NCBI RefSeq assembly: GCF_009914755.1
Contig: NC_060932.1
DNA length: 64,000 nucleotides
DNA from: the human T2T-CHM13v2.0 reference genome, Homo sapiens
Strand: one strand, 5' to 3'
The notes below the pieces were generated by a model that saw nothing but the letters and a program-made list of their open reading frames with translations, had not been told where the DNA came from and ran no database searches. The position numbers were made by a program, and so were the translations under genes. This document shows positions 1 through 13,588 of the stretch, piece by piece (positions within the stretch are counted from its first letter, which is position 1; the number at the start of each line of letters is the position of its first letter).

Positions 1-363
1 AGGGATGGGCTTAAGGGGCTGACCTGAGGGGGTTTATATAATATACCTCCAAAGAAAAAGCAAGAGCAAGTTCTGGGAGTAACTGAATCTCCCTAAAAGT
101 AGAAAAGTCACTAAGCATCCAAATGGCATCTAAGTGGGCAACAGGAACCAGCCAGAAGGGCTCGATAAACTGTACTTACCGAGTTGATTTCCGGCTAGCC
201 TTTGGTTAAATTAGGTTTGTAACTCTAAGCCGTTTCTTTTTATTTATTTTTTCTTTCTTTCAGTATAAGATTTTCTTCAAACAGTCTAGTTTCGTCTCAA
301 GTATCAAGTAAAGTGAAATGTATCATTCCACCTCTCTGTAGGGATGAATGAGGGTATCGGTGG

Positions 364-551
364 GCTAGAGGGCAGGGAAGCAGGATCGGAACTCCAGGCC
401 CAGGCCCAGGAGCAGAGCACATCCATGTGCTAGAGGGCAGGGAAGCAGGATCAGAACTCCAGGCCCAGGCCCAGGAGCAGAGCACATCGATGTGCTAGAG
501 GGCAGGGAAGCAGGATCGGAACTCCAGGCCCAGGCGCAGGAGCCGAGCACA
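364..551. repeat. 65-bp GC-rich minisatellite, about 2.9 copies
   Basis: Unit gctagagggcagggaagcaggatc(g/a)gaactccaggcccaggcccaggagcagagcacatc(c/g)atgt starts at 364, 429 and 494. Confidence 0.95.
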
Positions 552-3236
552 GTCTGGCCAACTAAAGGAAAGGCAGGGTAAAGGATTTCTTTTAGAATCC
601 CTCTCTCTCACTGGCTCACAGGCAACATGCTCTCCCAGCTGCGGTTCTGCCATGGCTGCCATTCTGCTCCATTTCCTTGGCCTGTTGTACTTCTCCCACT
701 CCCCTTTAGTGATAGGTGAAGGCCCAGGGATTAGTTTTTCACCCGCTGTTCTTCTTATTTCACATTCTCTGCCTTTCAAAATGCAAGAGCTTGGAAGCAA
801 TATCTATCATCCAATCAACACACCGGTGTGGTGGCAAATGTACCCTAAGTCAGTCAATATATATAAATTGCTTAAAACAGTGCCCAGCACATAGGAAATA
901 TTCAGTAAGAATTAGCTGTTATTACTACCAGTGCTGGGAACCAGCCTTTGCTACATTACCATGTGATTTGGGCCAGTAATTCTGCCTTTCTTTTCCAGCC
1001 TTTTGTACTCACTACAAAGTACATTTGTACTCCCAGGCTTTTGTACAATTAATTTTGAACCTAATTCAAACAATCACTGTAGGCAAACAAGATGCTTACT
1101 TCACGGGTTTTTGTAAGATTAAAATGACAGAAGTCACATGAAGCGGCACATGAAAACCTCAAAATGACTAAATATAAGGCTCTACATCAATAATTCCATA
1201 GCTCTATGATGATAATTTCAGGTGTCCAGACCTGACATCTCCCCTAGGCTTCAGGCTACCTCACAGTTCCGTCGCGTGAGAAGGAATCACCAAATAGAAA
1301 CTATTACACAGGAAAAGCAAAAGATGTCAGTAATTTAGTCCATTCAGAAGCAACTAGGTCAATCAGCCAGAACAGACATCTGAGGCAGGAGTCTAAACTT
1401 GAACTGGGATAACAGAACAAGGAGAGATGAAAGCAAGATAACTGTAGATGAGATTGTATTCTTTTAACCCCAAGAATAAAGAAAGGCAAATACAAAAGAA
1501 ATCTTACCAAGCAGAATTAACCATCTCAAAGCTACATTCGCATCTGTCTTGACAATCGGAACTCCCACCCTATGATAATAATGTAATGAGAAAAAAATAC
1601 AAAGTAAACCATAACCAGGAGAAGCTCACACATGGTCTAGTTAGCTCACTTTGCGGGAAGGTCTGAGGAGACATCCGGAAGGGACAAGTATCTCATGTTT
1701 TGAATGAAAGGGAAGGATCTGAGTTTTGTATGAAGTGTTAAAGCTCTCAAGAGAGATTTTGGGTACTCTGTCCTGTGCATCTCTCACAGACAGTGGTCAA
1801 GTCATTGCCAGTGACAGGCCATGCTGTTACATATCTACATTATCTCAGAAGGCCACCCCACCCTTTGAAAGACACCAACGGAAAACAGGAATCCTGCACT
1901 GAGGACAGAGTCTCACTTTCCTGAGATCCTGTATGTGCTCTTGGCAATCAAGGAAGCCTGCTCTCTGAACTGTGTGCCCCCTGCACCTATCATCCCCTGG
2001 AAAGTTGGGCATATCCAGAGAAGCAGAATACAGCAAAGAGTCAACAATTCCCAACTGTCTGGCAGATGCCCCATGTCACACATTTAACATGTCAAAACCA
2101 AAGTGATTGCCTTCCCTGAAAAACTAGCTCATGGTGGAGAATTCCTATTTCAGATGCATCATTAACATCTCCTGTCACTTTACTGCCAAACTTCAGAGTC
2201 ATCATATCTCCCCCTATCTACAGTCACCAAGACTATCATGACTTTCTGAAAGTCTCATGCATTTATGCATTTATATTCCTATCAGCATCTCTTGTCTACA
2301 GTGCATACAATTCGTTTTGGAATTAAATGCCAACCCTAACAAGTCTCCCTCCTCAACACTGGTTCATATCTTCCAATCCACTCTAAGCAAGTTTGCCAGA
2401 TTAATTTTCCTATAGCACTTTTCCTTTTTTAATTTCTGACAAAAGCACAAAAGAAACCTGTGTGTTGGGGGTTTTTATTATTACTCTCAGTTTACAGATA
2501 GTAACTGCACATGTTTATAAGATACAGTGTATTTCCACACACATATATGATGTGATATGATCAAAGAACAGTAATGAGCGTATCTAACACCTTAAACATT
2601 TATCATTTCTTTGTGTCGAAAACATTAAAAGTCCACTCTTTCGGCTATTTGAAAATATACAATAAATGTTTGTAAATTATACTCACCCAGTCCTGCTATA
2701 GAATACTAGAACTTATTCATCCTAGCTAGCTGTACCTTTGTATCCTGTATCCGTTAACTAACCTTTGGCTATACCTACTCCCCTTCCCCTCCACACTTCC
2801 CTGCCTCTAGTAACCACTATTCTACTCTACTTCTATGAGATCAACTTTTTTAGCTTCCACATATGGGTGAGAACATGCGGTATTTATCTTTTTATGCCTG
2901 GCTTATTTTACTTAACATAATGTCCCCAAGCTAACTCATCCATGTTGCCATGAATAACAGAATTTCATTCTTTGTTACTGCAAAAGAGTATTCTATTGTG
3001 TGTATATACCACATTTTCTTTATGCTTTCATCTGCTGATGGACACATAGGTAGATTCCCCTTCTTGGTTATTGTGAATAGTATTGCAATAAACATGGGAG
3101 TGCAGATAGATCTTCAACATACTGATTTCCTTTTTTCTGGATATATACCAAGTGGTAGGATTGCTGCATAATATGAGAGCTCTATTTTTAGTTTTTGAGC
3201 AACTTCCATACTGTTTTTCCTTAGTGGCTATACTTT

Positions 3237-3528
3237 TATTTTATTTTTGAGACAGGGTCTCGCTCTGTCGTTCAGGCTGCAGTGCACTGGTGCAATCTTG
3301 GCTTGCTGCAGCCTTGACCCCCTGGGATCAAGTGATTCTCCCACCTCAGCCTCCCAAGTAGCAGGGACTACAGGCACACACCACCACCTCAGCTAATTTT
3401 TGTATTTTTTGTAGAGATGAGGTTTCACCAGATTGCCCAGGCTGGTCTTGAACTCCTGAGCTCAAGCCATCTGCCCACCTCGGCCTCCCAAAGTGTTGGA
3501 ATTACAGGCGTGCACCACCATGCCTGGC
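3237..3528 (-). mobile_element. AluJ
   Basis: Antisense Alu dimer (gagacagggtctcgctctgtc...ccatgcctggcc) with degenerate TSD tcctta(g/a)tgg. Confidence 0.9.
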
Positions 3529-3574
3529 CTCCTTAATGGGTTTACTAATTTACATTCCCACCTACAATGTGTAA

Positions 3575-3918
<344 letters not shown>

Positions 3919-5911
3919 TATGTTTTGTCTTTTTGATAACAGCCATTCTAGCTAGGTTGATATAATATCTCATTATGGTTTTGATTTGCATTTCCCCGAT
4001 GTTCAGTATTTTTTCATATACCTGTTGGCCATCTATATGTCTTCTTTTGAGACGTGATGTGTCTGCTTATTGAAGAGACTGTCCTTTTCCCAGTGAATGT
4101 TCTTGGTGCCTTTGTTGAAAATGAGTCGGCTATAAAGATGAGATTTATTTTTCTGGGTTCTATATTCTGTTCCATTGGTCTGTGTATCTGTTTTTATGAC
4201 AGTACTATGCTATTTGGTTACTATGGTTTTGCAGTATATTTTGGAGTCCGGTAGTGTGATGTCTCAAGCTTTGTTCTTCTTGCTTTGGCTATCCAGGGTA
4301 TTGTGTGGTTCTAGGCAAATTTTAGGACTGTTTTTTCTATTTCCGTGATGAATGACACTGGTACTTTGATAGGGAATGCACTGAATGAGTATACTGCTTT
4401 TTGTAGTATGGCCATTTTTACCATATTAATTCTCCCAATTCATGAAAATGCAATGTGTTTTTATTTTTGCATACGCCTGCTGCAATTTCTTACATCAGTG
4501 TTTTATAGTTTTCCTTGCAGAGACATTTCATTTCCTTGGTTAAATTTTTCCCTAGGTATTTTACTTTTTGTAGCTACTGTACCTGCAATTGCTTTCTTAC
4601 TTTCTTTTTCTGCTATTTGAATGTTGGTATATAGAAACACCACTGATTTTTCTAAGTTGATTTTGTATCCTGCAACTTTACTGAATTAGACGGTCAGTTC
4701 AGAGGTTTTTATTTTTTGAAGCTTTCATAGTTTTATTTATATAAGATCATTTATCTGGCTAAAACTTCTAGTACTCCTGAAAAAAAATGGAGAAAGTGGT
4801 CATTCTTGTCTTGTTCCAGAGCTAGAGGAAAAGTTTGCAGCTTTCCCCAGTTCAGTATAATGTTGGCTATGGTTTTCTCATATACGGCTTTGACTGTGTC
4901 GAGGTATGTTCCTTCTTACCTAACTTGCTGAGAGTTTGATTAAAGTGCAGTTTAAATCCAATGTTGCTTTGTTTGTTTTCTGTATAGATGATCTATCTGA
5001 TGCTTAGAGGGGTGTTTAAGTGCCCAACTATTACTGTCCTGTTTAAGTGCAATTTAAATCTAATAATATTTGCTTTGATTACCTGGGTGCTCCAGTATTA
5101 GGTACATATACGTTTATAAGTGTTATATCTGCTTGCTGAATTGATCCTGTTATCACTGTATAATGACCTTCTTTGTCTCTTTTTACATGAGTTTACTTAA
5201 AGTCTGTTTTATCTGATATAGGAATGACTACATTTGCTTGCTTTTGGGTTCTGTTTGCATGGAATGTCTTTTTCCATACTTTCACATTCAGTCTACAGTT
5301 GACCTTTGAATAAGATGGGATTTAGGGGCAGTGAGCACCACCACCATGCAGTTGAAAATCCACATAACTTTTGACTCTCCAAAAACTTAGCTACTAACAT
5401 ATTAGCCTACTATTGACTAGAAGTCTTACTGATAATATAAATAGGGAATGGACACATATTTTGCATGTTGTATGTATTATATACTTTATTTTTATAATAA
5501 ACTAGAGAAAAGAAAATGTTACTAAGAAAATGATGAAGAAGAGAAAATATATTTACTATTCATTAAGTGGAAATGAATCATCATAAAGGTCTTCATCCTC
5601 AATTTCTCATTGAATAAGCTGAAGAGGAGGAGAAAGGAGTTGTCCTCATCTCAAGGATGGGAGAGGCAGAAAAGGTAGAGGAAGAAGAACAGGAAGCAAG
5701 AGAGGCAGGCACATTCAGTGTAAATGTACAGACATAATCATAGTTTCTGTCTTTTTAACTTTTTCATTTCTCCAAAAATGTTTCTTCTATACAGTACCAA
5801 TCCTTCTTCCACTGTTTGCTTTAGTTTCAGTGCCCATATGATAGAAGGGTCAACATCATAAAAGAAGTCAAAAACAGTCTGGAATCATGGGAACCATTCT
5901 GCCAGATTATC

Positions 5912-7380
5912 TCATGTCAATTTGTTTTCTAGAACTGCTTCTTCCACGTCTTTTTCCTCATCATCTGGCACTAATTTTGAAGCACTCATCTCCAGCAATT
6001 CATCTTCTGTTAACTTCTCTGGTGTGATACCTATTTGCTCTTGAATTTCTCTGATATCTACATCTTGAAATCCTTCCTCACCACCCCTCATACCTTTTTT
6101 CCCATATCTACAATATCTTGTCATGATTTTCTTGATTGGCTCAATTGTAAATCCTGTGAAGTCCTGCACAACATCTGGATAAAGTTTTCTCCAGCAAGAA
6201 CTTATTGTTTCAGATTTCAAGGCTTTCACAGCTTTTCCTTTAACAATGGAATCTTCAACGATGCAATCTTCCAGACTTTCATGATGTTCTGTCAGGGTTC
6301 TCTTCCATAGCACTAACAATTCTTTCCATAAAACACTGTGTGTAGTGAGCCTTAATGGTCCTTATGACCCCCTGATGTAGAAGCTGAATTAGAGATACTG
6401 TGTTTGGGGGCAAGCAGATGACTTCGATGTCTTCACTGTTGAACTCATAGAGTTCTGGGTGGCTAAGGGTATTGTCCTATATCAAAAGAACTTTAAAAGG
6501 CAGTCCCTTACTGGCAAGGTACTTCCTGAACTTAGGGACAAAGCACTGATGGAACCAATCCAGCAGAAGAGTTCTTGTTGTTCAGGTCTTCTTGTTATAT
6601 AACCCAAAGATTGGTATCTGTGGTATCTGTGTTTATCTTTTCTATTCAAGGCTCAGGGGTTAGAAATTTATAGACAAGGGCATTCCTCATCATAAATCCA
6701 ACTGTATTTGCATAAAACAATACAGTTGGCCTATCCCTTCCTGCCTTAAATCCTCGTACTCACTTCCCTTCCTTACTAATAAATGTCCTTTGTGGAACTG
6801 TTTTCCAGAAAGGGGGCACTTTTTTCTACAAGAAAAAAAAGAAAGAAACCTGCCAGGCAGATATCCATTCTTCTCAATGATTTTCTTAATGGTGTCTGGG
6901 AACTTGTCTACTGCTTCTTGGCTGTCTGCTGCTTCTCCTGTTATCTTGACATTTTTTAAGGCAAATCTCTTTCTAAAATTATCGAACCATCTTTTGCTGG
7001 CATTACATTCTCCAAGTTTAGATCTAACACCTTCCTTTTGCTTTAAGTTGTCATACACTAACCTCATTTTTTCTTAAATCATTGTAGAGTCTATAGGCAT
7101 GATTTTCTTATAGGTATCCTGCATCCACGTAACAGCTACATTTTCAATATAAAAAAGTTCAAGGTTTTGTGCCTACTGAGGGAGCTGCAGTGACAACAAA
7201 TTTCCTTTTCTTTTCTTACAACGGTACTTACACTGCTGGATTCTTTTATCTTGAAATGGCAGGTGACCACAGCTGCAGACCTCAATCCATTTGGTACATA
7301 TCAAGCAATTCACCCTTCTTATAACATCATGAATTTTCCCTGCTTCTTGGGAGCACTTCCAGCATCACTAGTGGTACTTT
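5912..7380 (-). pseudogene. Decayed Tigger2 transposase (CENP-B-type HTH + DDE), frameshifted
   Basis: ORF fragments 6690-7067 (ASKRWFDNFRKRFALKNVKITGEAA) and 5912-6319 (ETISSCWRKLYPDVVQDFTGF) are typical pogo/Tigger motifs. Confidence 0.8.
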
Positions 7381-7462
7381 GTATGGGTTCCATGGTGTTA
7401 TTAAGGTTTATAGTAGTGAACTAAACATGATGAAAAATACACAAAAACCATGAGAGACAACT

Positions 7463-7617
7463 CTTTTTTTTTTTTTTTTTTTTTTTTGGGAGACAGGGTC
7501 TTGCTCTGTCACTCAAGCTGGAATGCAGTGACACAATCATAGCTCAAACTCCTGGGCTCAAGACATCCTGACACCTCAGCCTCCCAAGTAGCTGAGACTA
7601 CAGGTGTGCACCAACAT
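7463..7617 (-). mobile_element. Alu monomer/fragment (FRAM/AluJ) inside Tigger2
   Basis: Poly-T followed by gagacagggtcttgctctgtc...ctacaggtgtgcacca. Confidence 0.8.
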
Positions 7618-8140
7618 GGAGATCACTTTTTAATACAACACATAATTTACTGGACAGATGAATGGTTCACATGGAGCTGTTAGCATCACACAGTGTTTTA
7701 AGCAGATACAACACTCAAGCTCATTGCAATAGCAAGAACAGGTGGCTTCAACATTATTATATAGTACAGTATGTACTACAGTTAATTGTATGCAGTTATG
7801 ATTTAATACTGCATCTTTATGTTTCTTTACATTTCTCGGGACTGCAAATGGCACCATGTGCAGTCTGGTGTATATAAGTTTTGATAAATTTTAACTTTTT
7901 AAAGTAGATGTGTTTCTATTTCATGGTAATAAATGATTAAACTAGTATCTACATATATTTTATGAATTCATGTCACAACTCTTGTTCATTTTTCCAGTAT
8001 TTCTAGTCTACATGGTTTGTCTGCAAGTTTTCTCAAATTGTTGCAAATCTCCCAAAAAATTAAACAACATATTTATTGTTTAAAATATTTGAATATAAGT
8101 GGACCTGTGCAGGTCAAAACCTGTGTTGTTAATAGTCAAC

Positions 8141-10803
8141 AGGTAAAGTGAGTTTCTTGTAGGCAGCATAGAGCTGGGTCATGTTTTTTCATCCATTTAG
8201 CCAGTCTATATCTTTTAAGTGGAGAATTTAATCCATTGACATTCAAGGGTATTATTGATAGGCGAGAACATACTCTTGTTATTTTGTTAATTTGTTTTTG
8301 AAGTTGTTTGTATATCCTTTGTTCCTTTCTTCCTCCTTTCGTTCCTTTCTTCCTCTTTTTCTATCATTGCAGTTTGGTGGTTTTCTGTAGCCTAAGTCTT
8401 GATTCTTTCCTCTTTCTCCTTTGTGTATCTGCTCCACCAGTGAGTTTTATAATTTTGCCTGTTTTCATGATAGTGATTTTCATCTTTTCACTTCCAGATG
8501 CAGGACTCCCTTGAGCACTTTTTGTAAGGTTGGCCTAGTGGTAATGAATTCTCTCAGTTTTTGTTTGTCTGGGAAATACTTTATTTCTCCCTCATCTCTA
8601 AAGGATAGCTTTGCTGGGCATAGTATTCCTGGCTGGCAGTATTTTTCTTTCAGCTCTTTGACTATGTATCAGCCCATTCTCTCCTAGCCTGTAAGGTTTC
8701 TGCAGAGAAATGTGCTATTAGTCTAATGGAGAGTCCCTTAGATGTGATTTGACTCTCCTCTTTTTCTGTTTTTAGAATTTCCTCTTTGTCCTTGACTTGT
8801 GTCAATTTGACATAAATGTGCCTCAGGCAAAAAAGAAAAAAGAAAAAAAAAGACCTTTTTGGGTGGAATTTATTTGGAGACTTTTGAGATTCCTGGCTCT
8901 AGATGTCCATATCTCTCCCCAAACTTGGGAAGTTTTCAGTTATTATTTCATTAAATATGCTTTCTATGCTTTTTTCTTTCTGTTTTCCTTCTGCAAATCC
9001 CATAACACAAATATTTATTTACTTAATGGTGTCCCACAAGTCTTATAGGCTTTCTTCACTTCAGAGATTCTTACGCTTGATCAAGTCTTCTATTGAAGGT
9101 CTCTGCTGTATTTTTTTATTTCACTGATTGAATTCTTCAAATACAGGATTTTTATTTAATTCTTTTTTATAATTTCTCTCTCTTTGCTGAATTTCTCATT
9201 CACATGGTGAATTGTTTTCCTGACTTCATTAAATTGTCTCTCTTTTCTGTTTTTCACTGAGTTACCATAAAATTATTACTTTGAATTCATATTCCACCAA
9301 GTCATTGAATTCTTTTTCACTGAGGTCTGTTATTACAGAGTTATTATGTTTCTTTAGTGGTGTCATATTTCCTTGCCTTTTCATGTCTTGTCTCCCTGTG
9401 TTGATGTCTGTGTGGCAGATATCTGTGTGTTGATGTCTGGTGGAACGGTAGCCTCTTCCAAACTTACTAGACTGGCTTTTGTACAGAAAGACTTTGACCT
9501 TCAGTAGGGTTTTACTGTGCTGGTTGGAAAGAATGTGGTAACTGTTTCCAGACAGGTGCAGTAGTAGAGTCTCTGTGCAGACTCTTCATCTGCATTCAAT
9601 GTCAGCAATAACTGTGGGTGCCTCAGTGGCCTATGTTGTAGATGTTCGTGGCAGTGGTGACAGTGGCATAGGCTGCTAATGTCTTCAGTCCTCCTATTCT
9701 CATTTTCCACACAATGGGGAGACTTAGATGAGGGGATTTCTCTAGGTGTCAGGTCTGACATGGCCTACAAGTGGCTGTAACAGCACTGAGTTGCTTGGAG
9801 TGGCTGTGGGGCCAGGGTCCTAGGCTCAGAATCTTGTGAACCTCCTGTGGCACCTGCATCTTGGAGTGCGAACTTGCTGTCTGTGAAAGGATTGGATGTA
9901 AGTTGCCCCCGGAACCAGGATCTGTGACTCAGAGCTACTCCCTAGCAGCTCAGGCTCAGGGGGCCAGGTTGTAGCTGTGATTTTACTTTTAGGGTATACA
10001 GTGAAGCACTCACCCAACTCCAGGAAAGTGATACTCTGAAGGTTTAGGCTCAAGGTGCAAGGTATGACTGCGATTTGGGAACTTGACCCGAACGGCAACT
10101 CGGGTCCCAGGGCATGAGTCACCTTGTGGTAGTGACTCTAGACCCTGGGTTGGCAGTGATCGTCAGCATCTGAGCCTCTGTGAGGCCAGGTGCAGTGGCA
10201 GCAAGTACCTGGGAATGGCAAAGAATAGCTGTTTTTTGCAGCATGGTGGGGTGAAGAGTGTGGGGTCAGGAAATAGCACATTGATGATTCCATTCCTCAA
10301 GAACAGATGTGTCCCAACAGCTCAGACTCTAGGGCCTAGACCAGCTCCACGGAAGCAGGATACAAGAGCTGTTTGGTCTATAGGCCAGTGTGTCTCAGCT
10401 AAGCCACTGTTCTACTTCCCTGTTATATGGGGTGCTATGTCAGTTCAGCCCAGGGATGTGTAGCTACTTAGCTCAGCCAGGGCACTGATACCCCAGGGAC
10501 CAATGTGCTCCTTCAGCTCAGGCCTGGGGGCCTTGACTGTTCTGGATGGCCCAGGCACAGTTTCCCTAGGATGCAGGCTGCTGCTTCAGCTTAGGTACTA
10601 GGATATAGGACCTTTCTGGGGGGCCAAGGCACCGTTTTGGGGACATGTGGCACCCTCCAACTTAGGCTGAGGGAAGGTGTGACTTCTCCGAGTAGCCAAA
10701 GTACTGTTTCCCCAGGAGAAAGGGCACCACTTCAGCTCAGCCCAAGAAGGCGGGGAGAGGGGTAGGTGATGTGGCTCTACTTCTGCCTGGCCCCATGGGG
10801 AAG
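8141..10803 (-). mobile_element. Continuation of the old L1: ORF2 start, ORF1 and GC-rich 5' UTR
   Basis: aggtaaagtgagtttcttgtaggcagc resumes the L1 interrupted at 5295; ORF1-type antisense sequence (aaggatagctttgctgg, ccattctctcctagcctgtaaggtttctgcagagaa), then GC-rich 5' region. Confidence 0.8.
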
Positions 10804-11128
10804 TGTATGATTCTGTTTTGCAGTGCTATAAAGGAACACCCGAAACTGAGTAATTTATAAAGAAAAGAGGTTTAGTTGGCTCACAGTTCTGCAGGCTGTA
10901 CAGGAAGCATAGTGCCAGCATTTGCTTCTGGTCAGGACCTCAGGAAGCTTTTACTCATGGTACATGGCAAAGGGATAGCAGGCATGTCACAAGGTGAGAG
11001 AGGGAACAAGAGAGAGAGAAGGAGGTGCTAGGCTCTTTTAAACAACTAGGTCTTATATAAACTAACAGAGTGAGAACTACTCATTACCTCAGGGAGGCAC
11101 CAAGCCACTCATGAGGGATCAACCTTAT
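10804..11128 (-). mobile_element. MST (MSTA/MSTB) LTR, ERVL-MaLR, truncated
   Basis: tgtatgattctgttttgcagtgctataaagg...aaagaaaagaggtttagttggctcacagttctgcaggctgtacaggaagc is the reverse complement of the MST LTR 3' part. Confidence 0.85.
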
Positions 11129-11129
11129 A

Positions 11130-11455
11130 GACCCCAGGATTGTACAGCCACTGCCAGTGTGCACTCTGAACTTCAGAAAAGCTGCAGGCATTGCACTCCA
11201 ACCCAGGCTGTGCCCAAGAAAGCCATGAAGATGGGGCTGCCCAAGGCTTCAGCGGATCACCCTTTGTACCAGTGTACCCAGGATACAAGACATGGCGTCA
11301 AGGACTATGTTGGAACTTCAAGGTTTAATGTCTTCCCTGCTGGGTTTCAGACTTGTGTGGGGCCTACTACCCCTTTCTTTTGGCTGATCTCTCCCTTTTG
11401 AAATGGTAATGTGTACCCAATACCTCTACTACCATTGTATCTTGGAAGTAAATAA
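11130..11455 (+). mobile_element. MST/THE1 internal (int) fragment
   Basis: gctgcccaaggc...cagacttgtgtggggcct...ccattgtatcttggaagtaaataac matches the recalled 3' part of MaLR-int in forward orientation. Confidence 0.75.
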
Positions 11456-11518
11456 CAAAACAAAATAAAAATTTTAAGTACATCTTCTGTAATTATGTTA
11501 CAGCTGTAATTGTTTACT

Positions 11519-11733
11519 CAAGGTCAGCAAATTTTTTTCTGTAAAGGACCAGACAGTAAATACCTTAACCTTTCTGGGCCATAAGGTCTCTACATAAACA
11601 CGCAACTTTGCCATTGCAACCAAAACAACCACAGACAATAGTAAATTAACATAAGACTGTTTTCCAATAAAATGTGATCTAGAAAGACAAGAGAGGAATA
11701 GGATTTAGCCCAAGGGGCATAGTTTGCCAATCT
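11519..11733. mobile_element. MER58A-like hAT-Charlie MITE
   Basis: caaggtcagcaaa...tgtaaaggaccagacagtaaata...catagtttgccaa. Confidence 0.7.
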
Positions 11734-12096
11734 TTCCTTTAACTTGTTATTCAAGAACTTTTGCAATCTGGCTACTAACTCCCCACCTTATTTCCCTACT
11801 GCTATCTTGCTGGCACTGTGTATTAGGTTTTTCTTTTTAAATATAGCAAATACATACCATATTAAATTATAAGAAAGGTACTAGCTTTGCAAATTAAAAA
11901 ACTGAGGCGAGAGTGTTTTAAGTAGCTTATAGCCAGGACTAGAAGCTGGATGAAGAATCCAAGCTGTTAACCATTACAAAAAGCTGCCTCTCCATTGGTC
12001 AACTCAGCATCCCCCCTAAGTTACATGATCACCTCTGCACTTTTGCTTATTAAATTATTTCCCCCTCTCTAATTTTGTCCTACTCATCTTTCATAA

Positions 12097-12463
<367 letters not shown>

Positions 12464-13588
12464 TGAAAACATATATTGCCTATACTTTTCTATGCGTCCT
12501 TATATTTTCATAATTTCATACTGTCTTCCCTACTTACTTTTTATCTTACATTTTCTAGATCCTAAATACCTATCATAGTATTCTGAAGTCAAAAGGTATT
12601 CATTATTTTTTACTGGATGATATTAACATACAAGTAATTCACGAATATAGGCCTAAAATAATTTTTACCACTCCCCATACTTACTAAGATTAAAGCAAGT
12701 GGTCTCTTTACAGTAAATATATCATTTTTCAAGATGAAAAAAGAAACAAAGTATAAATTGGTTCTTTGAACTTTCTAGAATGAGATACGCTTTGCAAAAA
12801 CAATTATAACAATATATATTCAGTAACTGAACTACTTAGAAGAGATTATTTTATAGTAAACATCATATTAGTGTGATTGAACTAGGATAACAGTTGTATC
12901 TGAAAGACCAGCAAAAATATAACACACTGATTTTTCTGTTCTTTAAGTCTCAGAAAAGTGGTTTTCTTTGAGAAAGACATCCTTGAGAAAGCTACAGACC
13001 CTCTCCTGACAAAAAATATCAGATAAACATTTATACGAATTTTTCATCAAATATCTGGGTGCTCCAGATCCCCTAAAGTTAAGAAACCCTGCCTGAAAGG
13101 GTCTCATATTAGCTACTCACAGCTGTAACTCACCTAATAAATTTTCCTTTTAACACAAGACATTCAAAGAAATTTCAATGCACTAATAAGATGTGGCCGT
13201 GTTTTTAAAATTCATACCCAAATTAGAAGGTGTCGAAGATCATAAACATTGGAAATGGGGAAATTCATAGTTAGGAGCAAACGGGTGAGGGGAGAGCAGG
13301 AATATTACCAAAGACTTAAAGATTTCAATTTCATGTTACTACTTGCTAGGAAGGCTCTGATGGCCTGGTGATCCTGCCATGTATATGAGGGGCACAAACA
13401 CAGGTTTTGTAGGGACAATATATATGATCTTATTGCTAAACTTCATACCTTCAAATCAGAAGTGGTAGTATCATATCCTAAAACAATAAATTGAACTAAG
13501 AAAAATTAGCATAAGAAAGTAATTGTAGTGTCTATTTAAAACTCAGATTTAGAAATAAAAACAAGTAAGTTCCAAATAAAAACAAATA

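Larger units (their letters stand above)
5296..8140 (-). mobile_element. Tigger2 DNA transposon (TcMar-Tigger), near full length, inserted in the L1
   Basis: Left end TA|cagttgacctttgaa; right end ...ctgtgttgttaatagtcaac (TIR); internal minus-strand transposase remnants. Confidence 0.85.

Noticed and set aside
5912-7067. Domesticated TIGD-like transposase gene
   Set aside because: Multiple frameshifts and stops between fragments; retains TIRs; a neutral fossil.
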